The notes under the pieces: model-generated
The model's database searches: none
Told to the model about the DNA's origin: nothing
The model's input: only the letters and a program-made list of their open reading frames with translations
Program-made: the position numbers and the translations under genes
NCBI GenBank assembly: GCA_027491915.1
Contig: JAOZGC010000002.1
Location: 224,001-288,000, forward strand
Source: Thermoproteota archaeon
GTDB taxonomy: Archaea; Korarchaeota; Korarchaeia; Korarchaeales; Korarchaeaceae
Length of the DNA stretch: 64,000 bases
Reading direction: 5' to 3'
Part shown: positions 16,858-26,219 of the stretch, in pieces
Position numbering within the stretch: position 1 is the stretch's first letter
Layout: every line of letters starts with the position of its first letter

Positions 16858-17325
16858 TCAAGGCCTGTATATCTGCTCGGCCCTGGTGCCCTCCGGCCCG
16901 TAGACTATGACGGTGAAGGTAGAGGTCGCGGGCTGGCCCTGGCCGTTCATCGTGAACTGCCAGGCCGTGCCGACGGTCATGTCCGCGGTGGACGCCACGG
17001 CCCCACCTCCGACCTGGGTTATGCTGCTCGGGTGCACGGTGTACTCGCCGGTGCTGTTCTTTATGACCACGGACCAGCTGGCGGTATCTCCGGCCTCCGC
17101 CAGGTCGTTCGGCCCCTGGTTCTTCACCGTTATCACGAGGTTGTTGCTGCCGTCGTTTGGATTTATGCTGATGACCTCCAGCTGCGTGGTCCCGCCGACC
17201 GAGGTGGTCCTCCCGAGGGCGGAGAATATGAAGGAGCCGACCGGGGAGAATATGAGCAGCGCCAGCGCCACCGCGAGCACCAGTATGACGACCTCCACGG
17301 CGACCCTCGAGACGCCAGCCCTCAT
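16858..17325 (-). CDS. Probable major type IV pilin
   Basis: MRAG|VSRVAVEVVILVLAVALALL class III leader; Ig-like ITVKNQG motif; own AT-rich promoter (17377-17390) and terminator. Confidence 0.8.
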   Translation of the reverse strand: MRAGVSRVAVEVVILVLAVALALLIFSPVGSFIFSALGRTTSVGGTTQLEVISINPNDGSNNLVITVKNQGPNDLAEAGDTASWSVVIKNSTGEYTVHPSSITQVGGGAVASTADMTVGTAWQFTMNGQGQPATSTFTVIVYGPEGTRAEQIYRP

Positions 17326-17573
17326 TCCATTTCACACCCCCTCACGTCCGCGAGGTATGTCACAGTCGCGCGGTTCTAAATAAAAATATACCCCCGTGGC
17401 CGATCGTATGTTTCCTTTGATGGCTCAACAGTCGTACCGATCGCTTATCTCCCGCCGCGATCCTCGGCTTTTACCTCGGGCTTGAATGAGGTGGACGGAC
17501 GGCCCGTGGGGGAAGACAAAAGAGGGGGCCGGGTCGAATGGACCCTTTCAGGTTGAGGCCGACCGCTCCCGCC

Positions 17574-19058
17574 TCACCACCCCGAGCCGCACCCCTCGGG
17601 CCCGGGGCACTCGCCGCACCTGATCCACTCTATCGTCAGGGTGTCCGAGTAGTCCGGACCCGAATAGGTGCCGTTCAGCGGATACACCAGGATCGTCGAC
17701 TCGTTGAGCCCCTGGAGGGCGTCGCTGTTGAATATGAAGAAGGCCACCACCGCCTTGGTCCTGCCGCTCATCTCGAACTCGAATTTGTTCCCCGACTCCC
17801 TTATCACCCGGAACGGGGAGAACACGGTTATGTGGGCCCCCACCACTTCCGGCCCTCCCTGCACCCTGACCATCACGGGCTCGTAGAGCCTGTTCTTCAG
17901 GAAGGCCGCCCTTATGACCTTGAAGTCCCCGCCGCTGGGCACGTGGGCGCGTATCCTGCTCGGGCTCCACTTTACGGGTGGCAGCTGGGCGGATCCCTGA
18001 CCGCCTCCCCCTCCGCCGCCGGATCCGCAGCTCTCCGCCGGGAACTCGAACTCCCCAACCTGAACCTGATCTGCGCACCCCTCCGTCTTCAGGTAGAAGA
18101 GCACCCAAGAGAACCCGGCGAACTCCACCTCACCCCTCCTCATGTGGTTTATCTTTACGTTGACCCCGCTCGGGTCCGACCCGCCGGGGAAGCTCCACTC
18201 CTGCTCCCCGTCGGTCACCCTCGCGTTGAGGTCGCCGGCGTCTAGGTGGTAGACCATGTTGACGTCCGCCTTCAGGCTGCCGTCCTGGTACTTCCCGCTC
18301 ATCAGGATGGCCCAGGTGCGCCCCTCCGTTATCTCCTCCCCGTTGACTGTTATGGAGGTGACCCACACCTTGCCGATCCCGAGGCTGCCTACCACGACCT
18401 CCCCGTGGTTGAACTTCAGGTACGCGAATCCGTCGTTCTCGGCCAGTTCTATGCGCACCTCGTCTCCCGGGGAGACGCGGTACTTCTTGAAGCGCCAGCT
18501 CCTCCACATCCTTATATCGAAGGAATTGGAGGCCCTGAATTCCAGGGACCCCGTCAGTCCGAAGCTGCCGCGCGACACGGACTCTATGTTGAACTCGACC
18601 GCGCAGCTCTCATTCAGGACGCACGGCCCTCCTCCTCCCCCGCCACCTCCGTTTCCGCCTGATCCGCCGCCGCCCCCGCCGCCCCCGGATCCTACGGGGA
18701 ACTTCACGGGGATTATCCCGACGGCCGAGCTGTTCCCGTGCTCGACGTAGTACCACACGTCCCCGGTATCATTGTCCGGGAAGAAGGCCACCGTGACCCC
18801 TCTATCGGCCATCCGCTCCCTGTAGGAGCTGAGCGAGGCGTTCACGAAATCCATCCTCTCGCTTGGGGGCAGGTAGGAGGCCTCGGCCGCGAGGCCGGCG
18901 GCGAAGTCCCTCATGTCGTATGAGACCCAGTGGAACGTCTCATCCGCCGACACCTGGGTCGGCACCAGGAGCGGAACGGAGGAGACCACCAGGACCGCGA
19001 ACGCGAAAGCCACCAGCAGTATGCCGCCGGCCCCCCTCCTCCTGACCAAATATCCCAC
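17574..19058 (-). CDS. Large pilin-like adhesin with Gly-rich linkers
   Basis: MGYLVRRRG|AGGILLVAFAFAVLV; two poly-Gly linkers next to Cys separate three beta-rich domains. Confidence 0.65.
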   Translation of the reverse strand: MGYLVRRRGAGGILLVAFAFAVLVVSSVPLLVPTQVSADETFHWVSYDMRDFAAGLAAEASYLPPSERMDFVNASLSSYRERMADRGVTVAFFPDNDTGDVWYYVEHGNSSAVGIIPVKFPVGSGGGGGGGGSGGNGGGGGGGGPCVLNESCAVEFNIESVSRGSFGLTGSLEFRASNSFDIRMWRSWRFKKYRVSPGDEVRIELAENDGFAYLKFNHGEVVVGSLGIGKVWVTSITVNGEEITEGRTWAILMSGKYQDGSLKADVNMVYHLDAGDLNARVTDGEQEWSFPGGSDPSGVNVKINHMRRGEVEFAGFSWVLFYLKTEGCADQVQVGEFEFPAESCGSGGGGGGGQGSAQLPPVKWSPSRIRAHVPSGGDFKVIRAAFLKNRLYEPVMVRVQGGPEVVGAHITVFSPFRVIRESGNKFEFEMSGRTKAVVAFFIFNSDALQGLNESTILVYPLNGTYSGPDYSDTLTIEWIRCGECPGPEGCGSGW

Positions 19059-19080
19059 CCGGCGCGGGACAACCCCTGCT

Positions 19081-19100
19081 CCAATATATAATCTTATTGG
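19081..19100. promoter_or_regulatory. Inverted repeat over the adhesin TATA box
   Basis: CCAATA-TATAATCT-TATTGG, 22-42 nt upstream of the adhesin start. Confidence 0.45.
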
Positions 19101-19174
19101 CGCCGCCGGCCGAAAACTTCTACCCGGCGCGGGAGATTTCCACGAATTTCAGAAATAAGGCCACCGCCGACATC

Positions 19175-19651
19175 TCACGGGGAGTACCCAGCCCGCGCCC
19201 TGGTGCCGTAGGGACCATACACCGCTATGTCATGGGGCTCGTCGCCGACCCCCGAGCTCAGCCACAGAACGAACACCTCGTTCACGTCCGCTGTGTGGGA
19301 CGGCGGGAGGTTGATCCCATTCGCGTCGGTTATCCTGCTGACCGAGTAAACCTGTCCGTCTATGAAAACCTGCCAGGCGTTCGTCCCCTTCAGCGGAAGC
19401 CCCTCGGGTCCGACGTTCCTTATCGTTATGTTCGCGCTGACCGGGTGGGGGCCGAAGGCCAGGATCTCTATGTTGGTCTTCGGGGCGGCCGACTCGGCCA
19501 CCCCCATAAAGTGGGTCAGGGCCCCGCCGGCCAGCACGAACACCATGCTGGCGGCCGCCACCCCGAGGACTATTAGGACGGCGGTCACCGCCACTCGGGA
19601 TATCCCCGGGGACGTGCGACGGGCGCCGCCTCGGTGCGTGAAGATCCCCAT
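19175..19651 (-). CDS. Second type IV pilin, paralog of 16858-17325
   Basis: RRTSPG|ISRVAVTAVLIVLG; ITIRNVG; C-terminal VYGPYGTRA matches VYGPEGTRA. Confidence 0.78.
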   Translation of the reverse strand: MGIFTHRGGARRTSPGISRVAVTAVLIVLGVAAASMVFVLAGGALTHFMGVAESAAPKTNIEILAFGPHPVSANITIRNVGPEGLPLKGTNAWQVFIDGQVYSVSRITDANGINLPPSHTADVNEVFVLWLSSGVGDEPHDIAVYGPYGTRARAGYSP

Positions 19652-19707
19652 TATCGGCGCCGACGGGCCGGAGTAAAAATAAGGATTCCCCCCGACGCGG
19701 CGCGCCC

Positions 19708-20409
19708 ATGTACGCGATCCGGCTGGCAGCGTCCCTGGCCTGCCTCGCCGTCGGCTCGTATCAGGACGTCAAGAGCAGGGAGATAGAGGACACCGTGTGG
19801 GCGGTCGGGGGGATCTTGGGGGCGGCCGCCTCGGCCGCCGAGATCGCGATCGACGCCGGGGCCGCCCAGAGACTGCTCCACTCATATCTGAGCGCCCTCC
19901 CACTGTTCGCCATACTGGCGGCGGCCTGGCGCTGGAGGCTCATGGGGGAGGCGGACGTGCTGGCGTACCTCACGGTGGCGGCCCTCCTCCCAGAGTACGG
20001 GCCTGGAATCGACTGGATACTTCCCCCGGTCTTCTCCACCTTCATATACTCCAAACTCGCCCTCCTGCTCGCGCCCGCGGCCCAGCTGACCTACAACCTA
20101 CTCAAACTGATCAGAAACCCGGAGATACTCGCCGGATTTGACGAGCCTACCTGGAGGAAATTCCTGGCCATGCTCTTCCTGTCCTACTCCGAGGGACACT
20201 CGCCCTACGCCACCCCCGCCGTCGGCCTCTCTCCCGACGGGAAGAAGAAGTTCAAACTCTCCGCCGTCCTATCCTCCCCCTACGGTCGGGGGGCCGAGGG
20301 ACCGGGGTGGGTCGTCCCGTCTTATCCCATGATCCCCCTGATACTGGCGGGCGTCGTCGCCACCGCCCTCTTCGGCGACCCGACGCTCGCGGTAGCCCGG
20401 TGCCCCTGA
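19708..20409 (+). CDS. pibD: Prepilin/prearchaellin peptidase (A24, PibD/ArlK-like)
   Basis: SYQDVKSREIED and MGEAD aspartate motifs; C-terminal WVVPSYPMIPLI. Confidence 0.88.
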   Translation: MYAIRLAASLACLAVGSYQDVKSREIEDTVWAVGGILGAAASAAEIAIDAGAAQRLLHSYLSALPLFAILAAAWRWRLMGEADVLAYLTVAALLPEYGPGIDWILPPVFSTFIYSKLALLLAPAAQLTYNLLKLIRNPEILAGFDEPTWRKFLAMLFLSYSEGHSPYATPAVGLSPDGKKKFKLSAVLSSPYGRGAEGPGWVVPSYPMIPLILAGVVATALFGDPTLAVARCP

Positions 20410-20475
20410 TCCCAGGCGCGGCCACGTTCAAATACTACCGGCCGGCGCGCCCCGACTCGAGGTGTCTCGGGGAGC

Positions 20476-20760
20476 TTGACCAGGAGATACAGACTAGCGG
20501 AGAGCGCCCGCCTGGAGGGCAACCTACTGATCGTGGAGGGATCGGAGGATGCCTACGAGCTGAGCGAGGAGGGCGCCGTCGTCCTCTCCCTGATAGAGGG
20601 CGCCTGGATGACTCCGATGGAGATAGCGACCCTCCTGTCCGAGGAGTGGGAGATGGAAGATCCGAGCGATGCGGTGAGGGACATAAGGGATTTCTTGGAT
20701 TCGCTGGTCCGAGAAGGAGTCGTGATAGTCGATGGGAAAGAGGGAAATGACCCTAGATGA
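20476..20760 (+). CDS. PqqD-family (RiPP recognition element) protein
   Basis: YELSEEGAVVLSLIEG..T..EIA..LSEEW.......RDIRDFLDSLVREGVV pattern. Confidence 0.78.
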   Translation: MTRRYRLAESARLEGNLLIVEGSEDAYELSEEGAVVLSLIEGAWMTPMEIATLLSEEWEMEDPSDAVRDIRDFLDSLVREGVVIVDGKEGNDPR

Positions 20761-21647
20761 GGGCGGGAGGTGATCTGGTGTCCGCCCCTCCAGAAGACGT
20801 CCCGAGGCCTCTCCAGGAGCACCTGATAGAGCTGCTCGAGAGACTGAGGAGGGCACTCATAGCCCTCGGGATAGGATCAGCTGCCATATCGGCGGTTCCC
20901 GCCTCCCTGGTCTCCCCGCACCCCAGCTTCGACTTCCGCGGCTACACCCCCTTCGTCATGGCGGTCATAAACAGGATGAGGGACGACCTCCTCGGCATGA
21001 CGAACTCCTTCGCCGAATCCCTCTCTCCCGTCCTGGGGATACCGGAGGTGCACGTCCAGCTGATCGCCTACAGTTGGATGGACTCGGTGGAGGTCCTGAT
21101 GTACGTGGCTGTCCTGCTCGGGGCCCTTGTAACCTCGCCCTACATAGGGTACCAGCTCTACATGTACCTGAAGCCGGCCCTCTATCCCCACGAGAGGAAG
21201 GCCATACTCTCTTTCTCCGTGGGATTCGCCGCTCTCTTCCTCTTTGGGGTGGTCTACGCCTACTACACGATCCTGCCGATAACGTTCGCCTTCCTGACCT
21301 GGCTCTTCGTCGGGGCCGGGGCCGCCCCAACCCTATCCATAAAGGAGTTCTTCTCCTTCGCCATAATGGGGATGGTGGCCACGGGGCTCTTCTTCACGTT
21401 CCCCCTCGCCATAGCGCTGGCGGCCAAGTTGGGCCTCGTATCGGCCGCCAGCCTGAGGAGGAGGTGGAAGGAGGTCTTCTTCGTAGTGACCGTCATAGCC
21501 GCGGCCATAACTCCAGATCCGACTCCGGTGAGCATGTCCCTCCTAGCCCTGCCCTTCTTCGCCCTCTACGCACTTGCCACCCTCCTGGCCGGGATCATGG
21601 AGAGGAGGTCGGGTGGAGGGGGAGGTAAGCCGGGGGAGAGGGGGTAA
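20757..21647 (+). CDS. tatC: Twin-arginine translocase TatC
   Basis: PLQEHLIELLERL, PALYPHER, AAAITPDPTPVSM. Confidence 0.95.
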   Translation: MRAGGDLVSAPPEDVPRPLQEHLIELLERLRRALIALGIGSAAISAVPASLVSPHPSFDFRGYTPFVMAVINRMRDDLLGMTNSFAESLSPVLGIPEVHVQLIAYSWMDSVEVLMYVAVLLGALVTSPYIGYQLYMYLKPALYPHERKAILSFSVGFAALFLFGVVYAYYTILPITFAFLTWLFVGAGAAPTLSIKEFFSFAIMGMVATGLFFTFPLAIALAAKLGLVSAASLRRRWKEVFFVVTVIAAAITPDPTPVSMSLLALPFFALYALATLLAGIMERRSGGGGGKPGERG

Positions 21648-21776
21648 ACCCTCGAATCGGGAACCGACCGCGGCGAATGGGCGGGACGAGGCCGCCGAGG
21701 ACGGGGCGGGGGACGGACCTCCGCGGGCGTGGGATTCGGGGCGAGCGGAAATCCTCTTGGGAGGGACGGTCTGAGA

Positions 21777-22112
21777 TCAGCTCCCCTTCTTCCCCTTGAC
21801 GGCCGCCGCTATCTCGGCGGCCAGCTCCTCATCCGTCTTTCCGGTGGTGTCTATCCCGAGCTCCTCGGCCAGCTCCCTTACGGTCTTCCCCTTCTTCTTG
21901 GTCTCCACCTCCCTGACCTCGGCCTTGGGGGGCTGTCCGCTGGTCGACCTCTTGAATTCGTTTATGGCCTCGCCCAGGCTCCTGGCCAACTCCGGCAGTT
22001 TGCTCGGACCAAATATTATCAGAGCGAGCAGGAATATCAACAGGATCTCCCAGATTCCTAGCCCGAAGAACCCTTGAGCCGCCTGAACGTGGGTCGAAGT
22101 GAACCAGATCAC
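21777..22112 (-). CDS. tatA: Twin-arginine translocase TatA
   Basis: EILLIFLLALIIFGPSKLPELARSLGEAINEFK; GTG 22112 with GAGGTG SD. Confidence 0.93.
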   Translation of the reverse strand: MIWFTSTHVQAAQGFFGLGIWEILLIFLLALIIFGPSKLPELARSLGEAINEFKRSTSGQPPKAEVREVETKKKGKTVRELAEELGIDTTGKTDEELAAEIAAAVKGKKGS

Positions 22113-22255
22113 CAGAGCCACCTCTCCCCCACAGGTCGGGGGACCTGGCATATATCCTTTGTCCTCGAATCCTCCGTCGCCCCCGCCCGGACCCAATATT
22201 TTAAATACCCCGGCCCGGGGGAGGACCTAACAACAACGAGCGCGTGGCGAGCCAG

Positions 22256-22693
22256 ATGTCGACTACGAAGAAGATTTTGGATCTGCGGCCCGGCGAGGAC
22301 GGCGTCAACGTCAGGGGCCGCGTTCTTGACGCGGGGGACACCCGCGTCGTCGAGACGAGATCCGGAACGAGGACTCTCTCCGAGGTTACCCTCGGCGACG
22401 AGACCGGCCGCGTGACCCTCACCCTCTGGGGGGAGCACGCCGGGACGCTCGAGCCGGATCAGGTGGTGGAGATCCAGAACGGATTCACCACCGTGTACAG
22501 GGGCCGGGTTCAGCTGAACGTCGGCTCCAGGGGGGCCGTGCGAGTCCTCTCCGGTGAGGACTTCGTCGGGGCGGATCAGATCCCCGATGAATTTCCGGAG
22601 GCCCCAGAGGACTACCAGCCCAGGAGGAGGGGCGGCTACCGGAGATACGGTTATAGGAGCCAGTCGAGCTCCTACAGGCGGCCCAAGTGGTGA
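22256..22693 (+). CDS. ssb: Single OB-fold ssDNA-binding protein (crenarchaeal SSB type)
   Basis: LGDETGRVTLTLWG, VYRGRVQLNVG; flexible tail. Confidence 0.9.
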   Translation: MSTTKKILDLRPGEDGVNVRGRVLDAGDTRVVETRSGTRTLSEVTLGDETGRVTLTLWGEHAGTLEPDQVVEIQNGFTTVYRGRVQLNVGSRGAVRVLSGEDFVGADQIPDEFPEAPEDYQPRRRGGYRRYGYRSQSSSYRRPKW

Positions 22694-22784
22694 TCTCCGG
22701 GGGCGACCCCCCCGAATCTCCCTTTTTCTTCCGTCGGCGCTAAGTTATTTAACAATTGGGTTAACCCCTTACCGGTGTTCACGG

Positions 22785-24092
22785 TTGACCAGGGAAGAGC
22801 TCCCGGTGGCCTTTGACTTCGCCACCTGGACCAGATTGGTCCCCGAATCGGAAATAAGGAGGCTGCTCAGGGTCAAGGCCAGGTACTACTTCGCCGGAGG
22901 GAAGCCCGGTGTGCTTCCGCTAGATGTCCTGCCCAAGCTGCTGGTCGAGCTGGGCGTGGACGAGTTCGAGTACATCCTGAGGGGAGACAGGAGGACCGTC
23001 ATAGAACACTTCAACTACGGTCCGACCGAGGGGATCCCCGAGCTGAGGAAGGTCCTTGCCTCCAAGATGCTGTCGGCCAGGGACGGCATACCCATAGATC
23101 CTAGGGAGGGTTGGAGAGACGTCATAGTCACCACGGGATCCCAGCAGGCCATCTTCGCCATACTGGACGCCCTCATAGATCCTGGGGACGTTATAATAAC
23201 TCAGAGGCCCGCCTACCTGGGGTTCGTCAACACCGCGGCGAAGTTCAGGTCGAGGATAGTAACGGTCCCGGCCGACGAGGAGGGGCTCGTGCCGGAGTAC
23301 GTTCAGAGGGCCTTTGACCTGGCCAGGAGGGAGCTGGGGAAACCCCCGGAGCTGATCTACGTCGTCCCCGACTCGGACAATCCCACCGGGACGACGATGC
23401 CCCTCAAGAGGAGGAAGGAGATCTACGAGATAGCGGCGGCCGAGGGGGCCCTCATAGTGGAGGACGCGGCCTACAGGGAGATACAGTTCAGGGGCGAGAG
23501 GCTCCCCCCGATAAAGGCCCTTGACTCCGACAACGAGAGGGTGATATACCTGAGGACCACCAGCAAGGAGGTGGCCGTGTTCAGGATAGGCTACAGCGTG
23601 ATGCCCCCGGACGTGAGGGAGCAGGTGGTCAAGCTGAAGGGCTACCTGGATCTGTGCACCCCCACCCTGATGCAGAGGATCGTGAAAGCCTACTACGAGA
23701 AGTTCTTCGACGAGAACATCCTGAGGGTGAGGGAGGAGTACAAGAAGAGGTGCGAGGCCATGGAGGCCGCCATGGACGAGTACTTCCCGCCCGGTCACAG
23801 GACCGAGCCCACGGGCGGGTTCTTCATATGGTGGTCCTCCGACGATCGGGAGTTCGACTCCTCCGAGTTCCTTGAGAGGGTGGCGATCCCGAGCGGCGTG
23901 GCGTACGTGCCGGGATCGGCCTTCTACCCACCCTTCGGCTACTCTTACGAGCCGGAGCTGAACGCGCTAACCGAGCTCAGGCCGAGAAAGCACGGCATGA
24001 GGTTGGGATACAGCTACCTGGAACCGGACGAGATATACGAGGGTGTGAGGATCCTGGGCCAAAAGCTGAGGGAGCGGGAGAGTGGGGGATGA
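22785..24092 (+). CDS. PLP-dependent class I/II aminotransferase
   Basis: NYGPTEG, TTGSQQA, DNPTG, EDAAY, TTSK (PLP Lys), FRIG. Confidence 0.9.
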   Translation: MTREELPVAFDFATWTRLVPESEIRRLLRVKARYYFAGGKPGVLPLDVLPKLLVELGVDEFEYILRGDRRTVIEHFNYGPTEGIPELRKVLASKMLSARDGIPIDPREGWRDVIVTTGSQQAIFAILDALIDPGDVIITQRPAYLGFVNTAAKFRSRIVTVPADEEGLVPEYVQRAFDLARRELGKPPELIYVVPDSDNPTGTTMPLKRRKEIYEIAAAEGALIVEDAAYREIQFRGERLPPIKALDSDNERVIYLRTTSKEVAVFRIGYSVMPPDVREQVVKLKGYLDLCTPTLMQRIVKAYYEKFFDENILRVREEYKKRCEAMEAAMDEYFPPGHRTEPTGGFFIWWSSDDREFDSSEFLERVAIPSGVAYVPGSAFYPPFGYSYEPELNALTELRPRKHGMRLGYSYLEPDEIYEGVRILGQKLRERESGG

Positions 24093-24972
24093 TCCCGGCT
24101 TGCTCGAGGACTCTATCGTCGCCGGCCTGAGGGAGGTAATATCCAGGGCGGCGGTCTCCCTTTCGAGAGACGTTGTCTCCGCCCTCAAGGCGGCCAGAGA
24201 GAGGGAAGACTCTTTCCTCGCCAGGGAGATACTGAACTCCATCCTGAAAAACATCGAAGAGGCCGAGAGGAGGGGGCTGCCCCTATGCCAGGATACGGGG
24301 ACCCCCACATTCTTCGTCCACCTGGGGGACGGCTTCCCGGTGAGGTCGCGCCTCGGGGACCTCATAGCGCGCGCCGTCAGGGAGTCAACCCCCTCCGTCC
24401 CCCTGAGGCCTAACACCGTCGATCCGTGGACGGGGCGGAACTCCGGGGACAACACCGGACGGGGGGTCCCAGTCATCCGCTGGTTCCCCGTGGAGGGCGA
24501 CGAGCTGAGGGTGATCTACCTGGCCAAGGGTGGGGGATCGGAGAACGTGAGCAGGCTGTTCATGTTGAATCCGACCGAGGGAGTCGAGGGAATCCGGCGA
24601 GCCGTCCTCCGGGCCGCGATCGACGCCGGGGGGAAGCCCTGCCCCCCGGTCATATTGGGGGTGGGCGTCGGAGGGGGGGCGGATGCGGCCCTGGAGGCGG
24701 CGAAGGCCGCGACCCTGAGGAGGGTTGGATCGCGGTCGGGAGATCCGGCGGTCGCCGAGCTCGAGGAGAGGCTCCTGGAGGACGTTAACTCCCTCGGAAT
24801 AGGTCCGATGGGCCTCGGGGGGAGGACCTACGCCCTGGACGTCCACGTCGATTGGATGCACAGGCACCCGGCTAGCCTGCCAGTCGCGGTGAGCATGCTG
24901 TGCTGGGCCGCCCGCCGGGGGGAGGTGGTCTTCCACCCCGACGGGAGCTACGAGGTGCTGGAGCCCGGGTGA
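24082..24972 (+). CDS. Class I fumarate hydratase / tartrate dehydratase alpha subunit
   Basis: PLCQDTG, KGGGSEN, GKPCPP, GPMGLGG, HPASLP..CWA. Confidence 0.92.
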   Translation: MGDDPGLLEDSIVAGLREVISRAAVSLSRDVVSALKAAREREDSFLAREILNSILKNIEEAERRGLPLCQDTGTPTFFVHLGDGFPVRSRLGDLIARAVRESTPSVPLRPNTVDPWTGRNSGDNTGRGVPVIRWFPVEGDELRVIYLAKGGGSENVSRLFMLNPTEGVEGIRRAVLRAAIDAGGKPCPPVILGVGVGGGADAALEAAKAATLRRVGSRSGDPAVAELEERLLEDVNSLGIGPMGLGGRTYALDVHVDWMHRHPASLPVAVSMLCWAARRGEVVFHPDGSYEVLEPG

Positions 24973-25565
24973 TGGGTTTGAGGGAGTGGAGGGTGAGCAC
25001 GCCCCTGTCCGAGGAGACGGTAAGGGGGATGAGGGTCGGGGACCTGGTCTGGCTCTCCGGCAGGGTGGTCACCGCCAGGGACCAGGCCCACAGGAGGGCC
25101 CTGGATCTCGCGTCGTCGGGCGGGGAGCTGCCGGTCGACCTGAGCGGAATCGCGGTGTACCACTGCGGCCCGATAGCCAGGAGGGAGGGGGAGGTCTGGA
25201 GGATATACGGGTTCGGCCCGACCACCAGCGCCAGGATGGAGCCCATGGAGGCCGAGTTCCTGAGGACCTTCGGGGTCAGGATGATCGTGGGGAAGGGCGG
25301 GATGGGGGGGAGGACGGCCGACGCCCTGGCCGAGGTGGGGGCCGTCTACGCGGCCTTCACCGGGGGGGCGAGCGTCCTGGCCACAGATTCCGTGGAGAGG
25401 GTGATCTCCGTTAATTGGCTCGACTTGGGAATCCCGGAAGCCCTCTGGGAGGTGGAGGTCAGGGATCTCGGTCCCCTGATAGTTGCGATGGACTCGGTCG
25501 GGGGGAACCTCTACAGGGAGGTCGCGTCCCACGCGGCCGAGAGGATGGGCAGGCTGCTGGGATGA
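24972..25565 (+). CDS. Class I fumarate hydratase beta subunit
   Basis: TARDQAH, YHCGP, GPTTSARM, GKGG, LGIPEA, VAMDS.G. Confidence 0.92.
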   Translation: MGLREWRVSTPLSEETVRGMRVGDLVWLSGRVVTARDQAHRRALDLASSGGELPVDLSGIAVYHCGPIARREGEVWRIYGFGPTTSARMEPMEAEFLRTFGVRMIVGKGGMGGRTADALAEVGAVYAAFTGGASVLATDSVERVISVNWLDLGIPEALWEVEVRDLGPLIVAMDSVGGNLYREVASHAAERMGRLLG

Positions 25566-25607
25566 TGAGGGGCTCACTTTTTTACCCGCCGCGCGGCGCC
25601 GGGGCCC

Positions 25608-26213
25608 GTGGGCCCCCTGACCCGGGTGGTCGAGTCCGCCCTGGAGCTCCTGACGTCCGCGGTATCCCGGGGATCTTACCCGGCGATCCTCTCCCTGATG
25701 GCGCTCGAGAGCGCCCTGATACCGGTGCCCAGCGAGATCGTGATGCCCCTATCCGGATTCCTGGTCGTCAGGGGGGAGATGACTTTTTGGGGTGCGGTGA
25801 CGGCTGGGGTCTTGGGCAACCTGATCGGCTCCCTGGCGGCCTACCGCCTCGGGAGGACCTTCGGTTGGGACGGGCTCGCCAGGCTGATCGGCGGGCTGCC
25901 CTGGGCCCCCCGAGAGTTGGAGAGGGCGGATCTCTTCTTCAGGAGGTGGGGGAGACACGCGGTCTTCCTGGGGAGGATGATGCCCGCGGTCAGGACTTTC
26001 ATCTCACTTCCAGCCGGAATGTCGGGAATTCCCGAGTGGGAGTTCGCCCTGCTGACGGTCCTGGGTTCCGTCCCTTGGAACCTGGCCCTGGTCTGGGCCG
26101 GGATGATCTTGGGGGAGAACTGGCCCGCGGTCAGGAATTTCGTGGACCCCCTGATCCTGGCCGCGGCGGCCGCGGCGCTGATCTACGCGTGCGCGGTTCG
26201 GAGGAGGGAGTGA
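25608..26213 (+). CDS. DedA family membrane protein
   Basis: LESALIPVPSE, GRMMPAVRTFISLPAG. Confidence 0.92.
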   Translation: MGPLTRVVESALELLTSAVSRGSYPAILSLMALESALIPVPSEIVMPLSGFLVVRGEMTFWGAVTAGVLGNLIGSLAAYRLGRTFGWDGLARLIGGLPWAPRELERADLFFRRWGRHAVFLGRMMPAVRTFISLPAGMSGIPEWEFALLTVLGSVPWNLALVWAGMILGENWPAVRNFVDPLILAAAAAALIYACAVRRRE

Positions 26214-26219
26214 CCCGAT

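Noticed and set aside
11082-20409. Archaellum operon
   Set aside because: No archaellin N-terminal motif, no arlF/G/H, no chemotaxis genes
21648-21776. GC-rich potential hairpins between tatC and tatA
   Set aside because: Short imperfect stems expected at this GC content; no boxes or promoter
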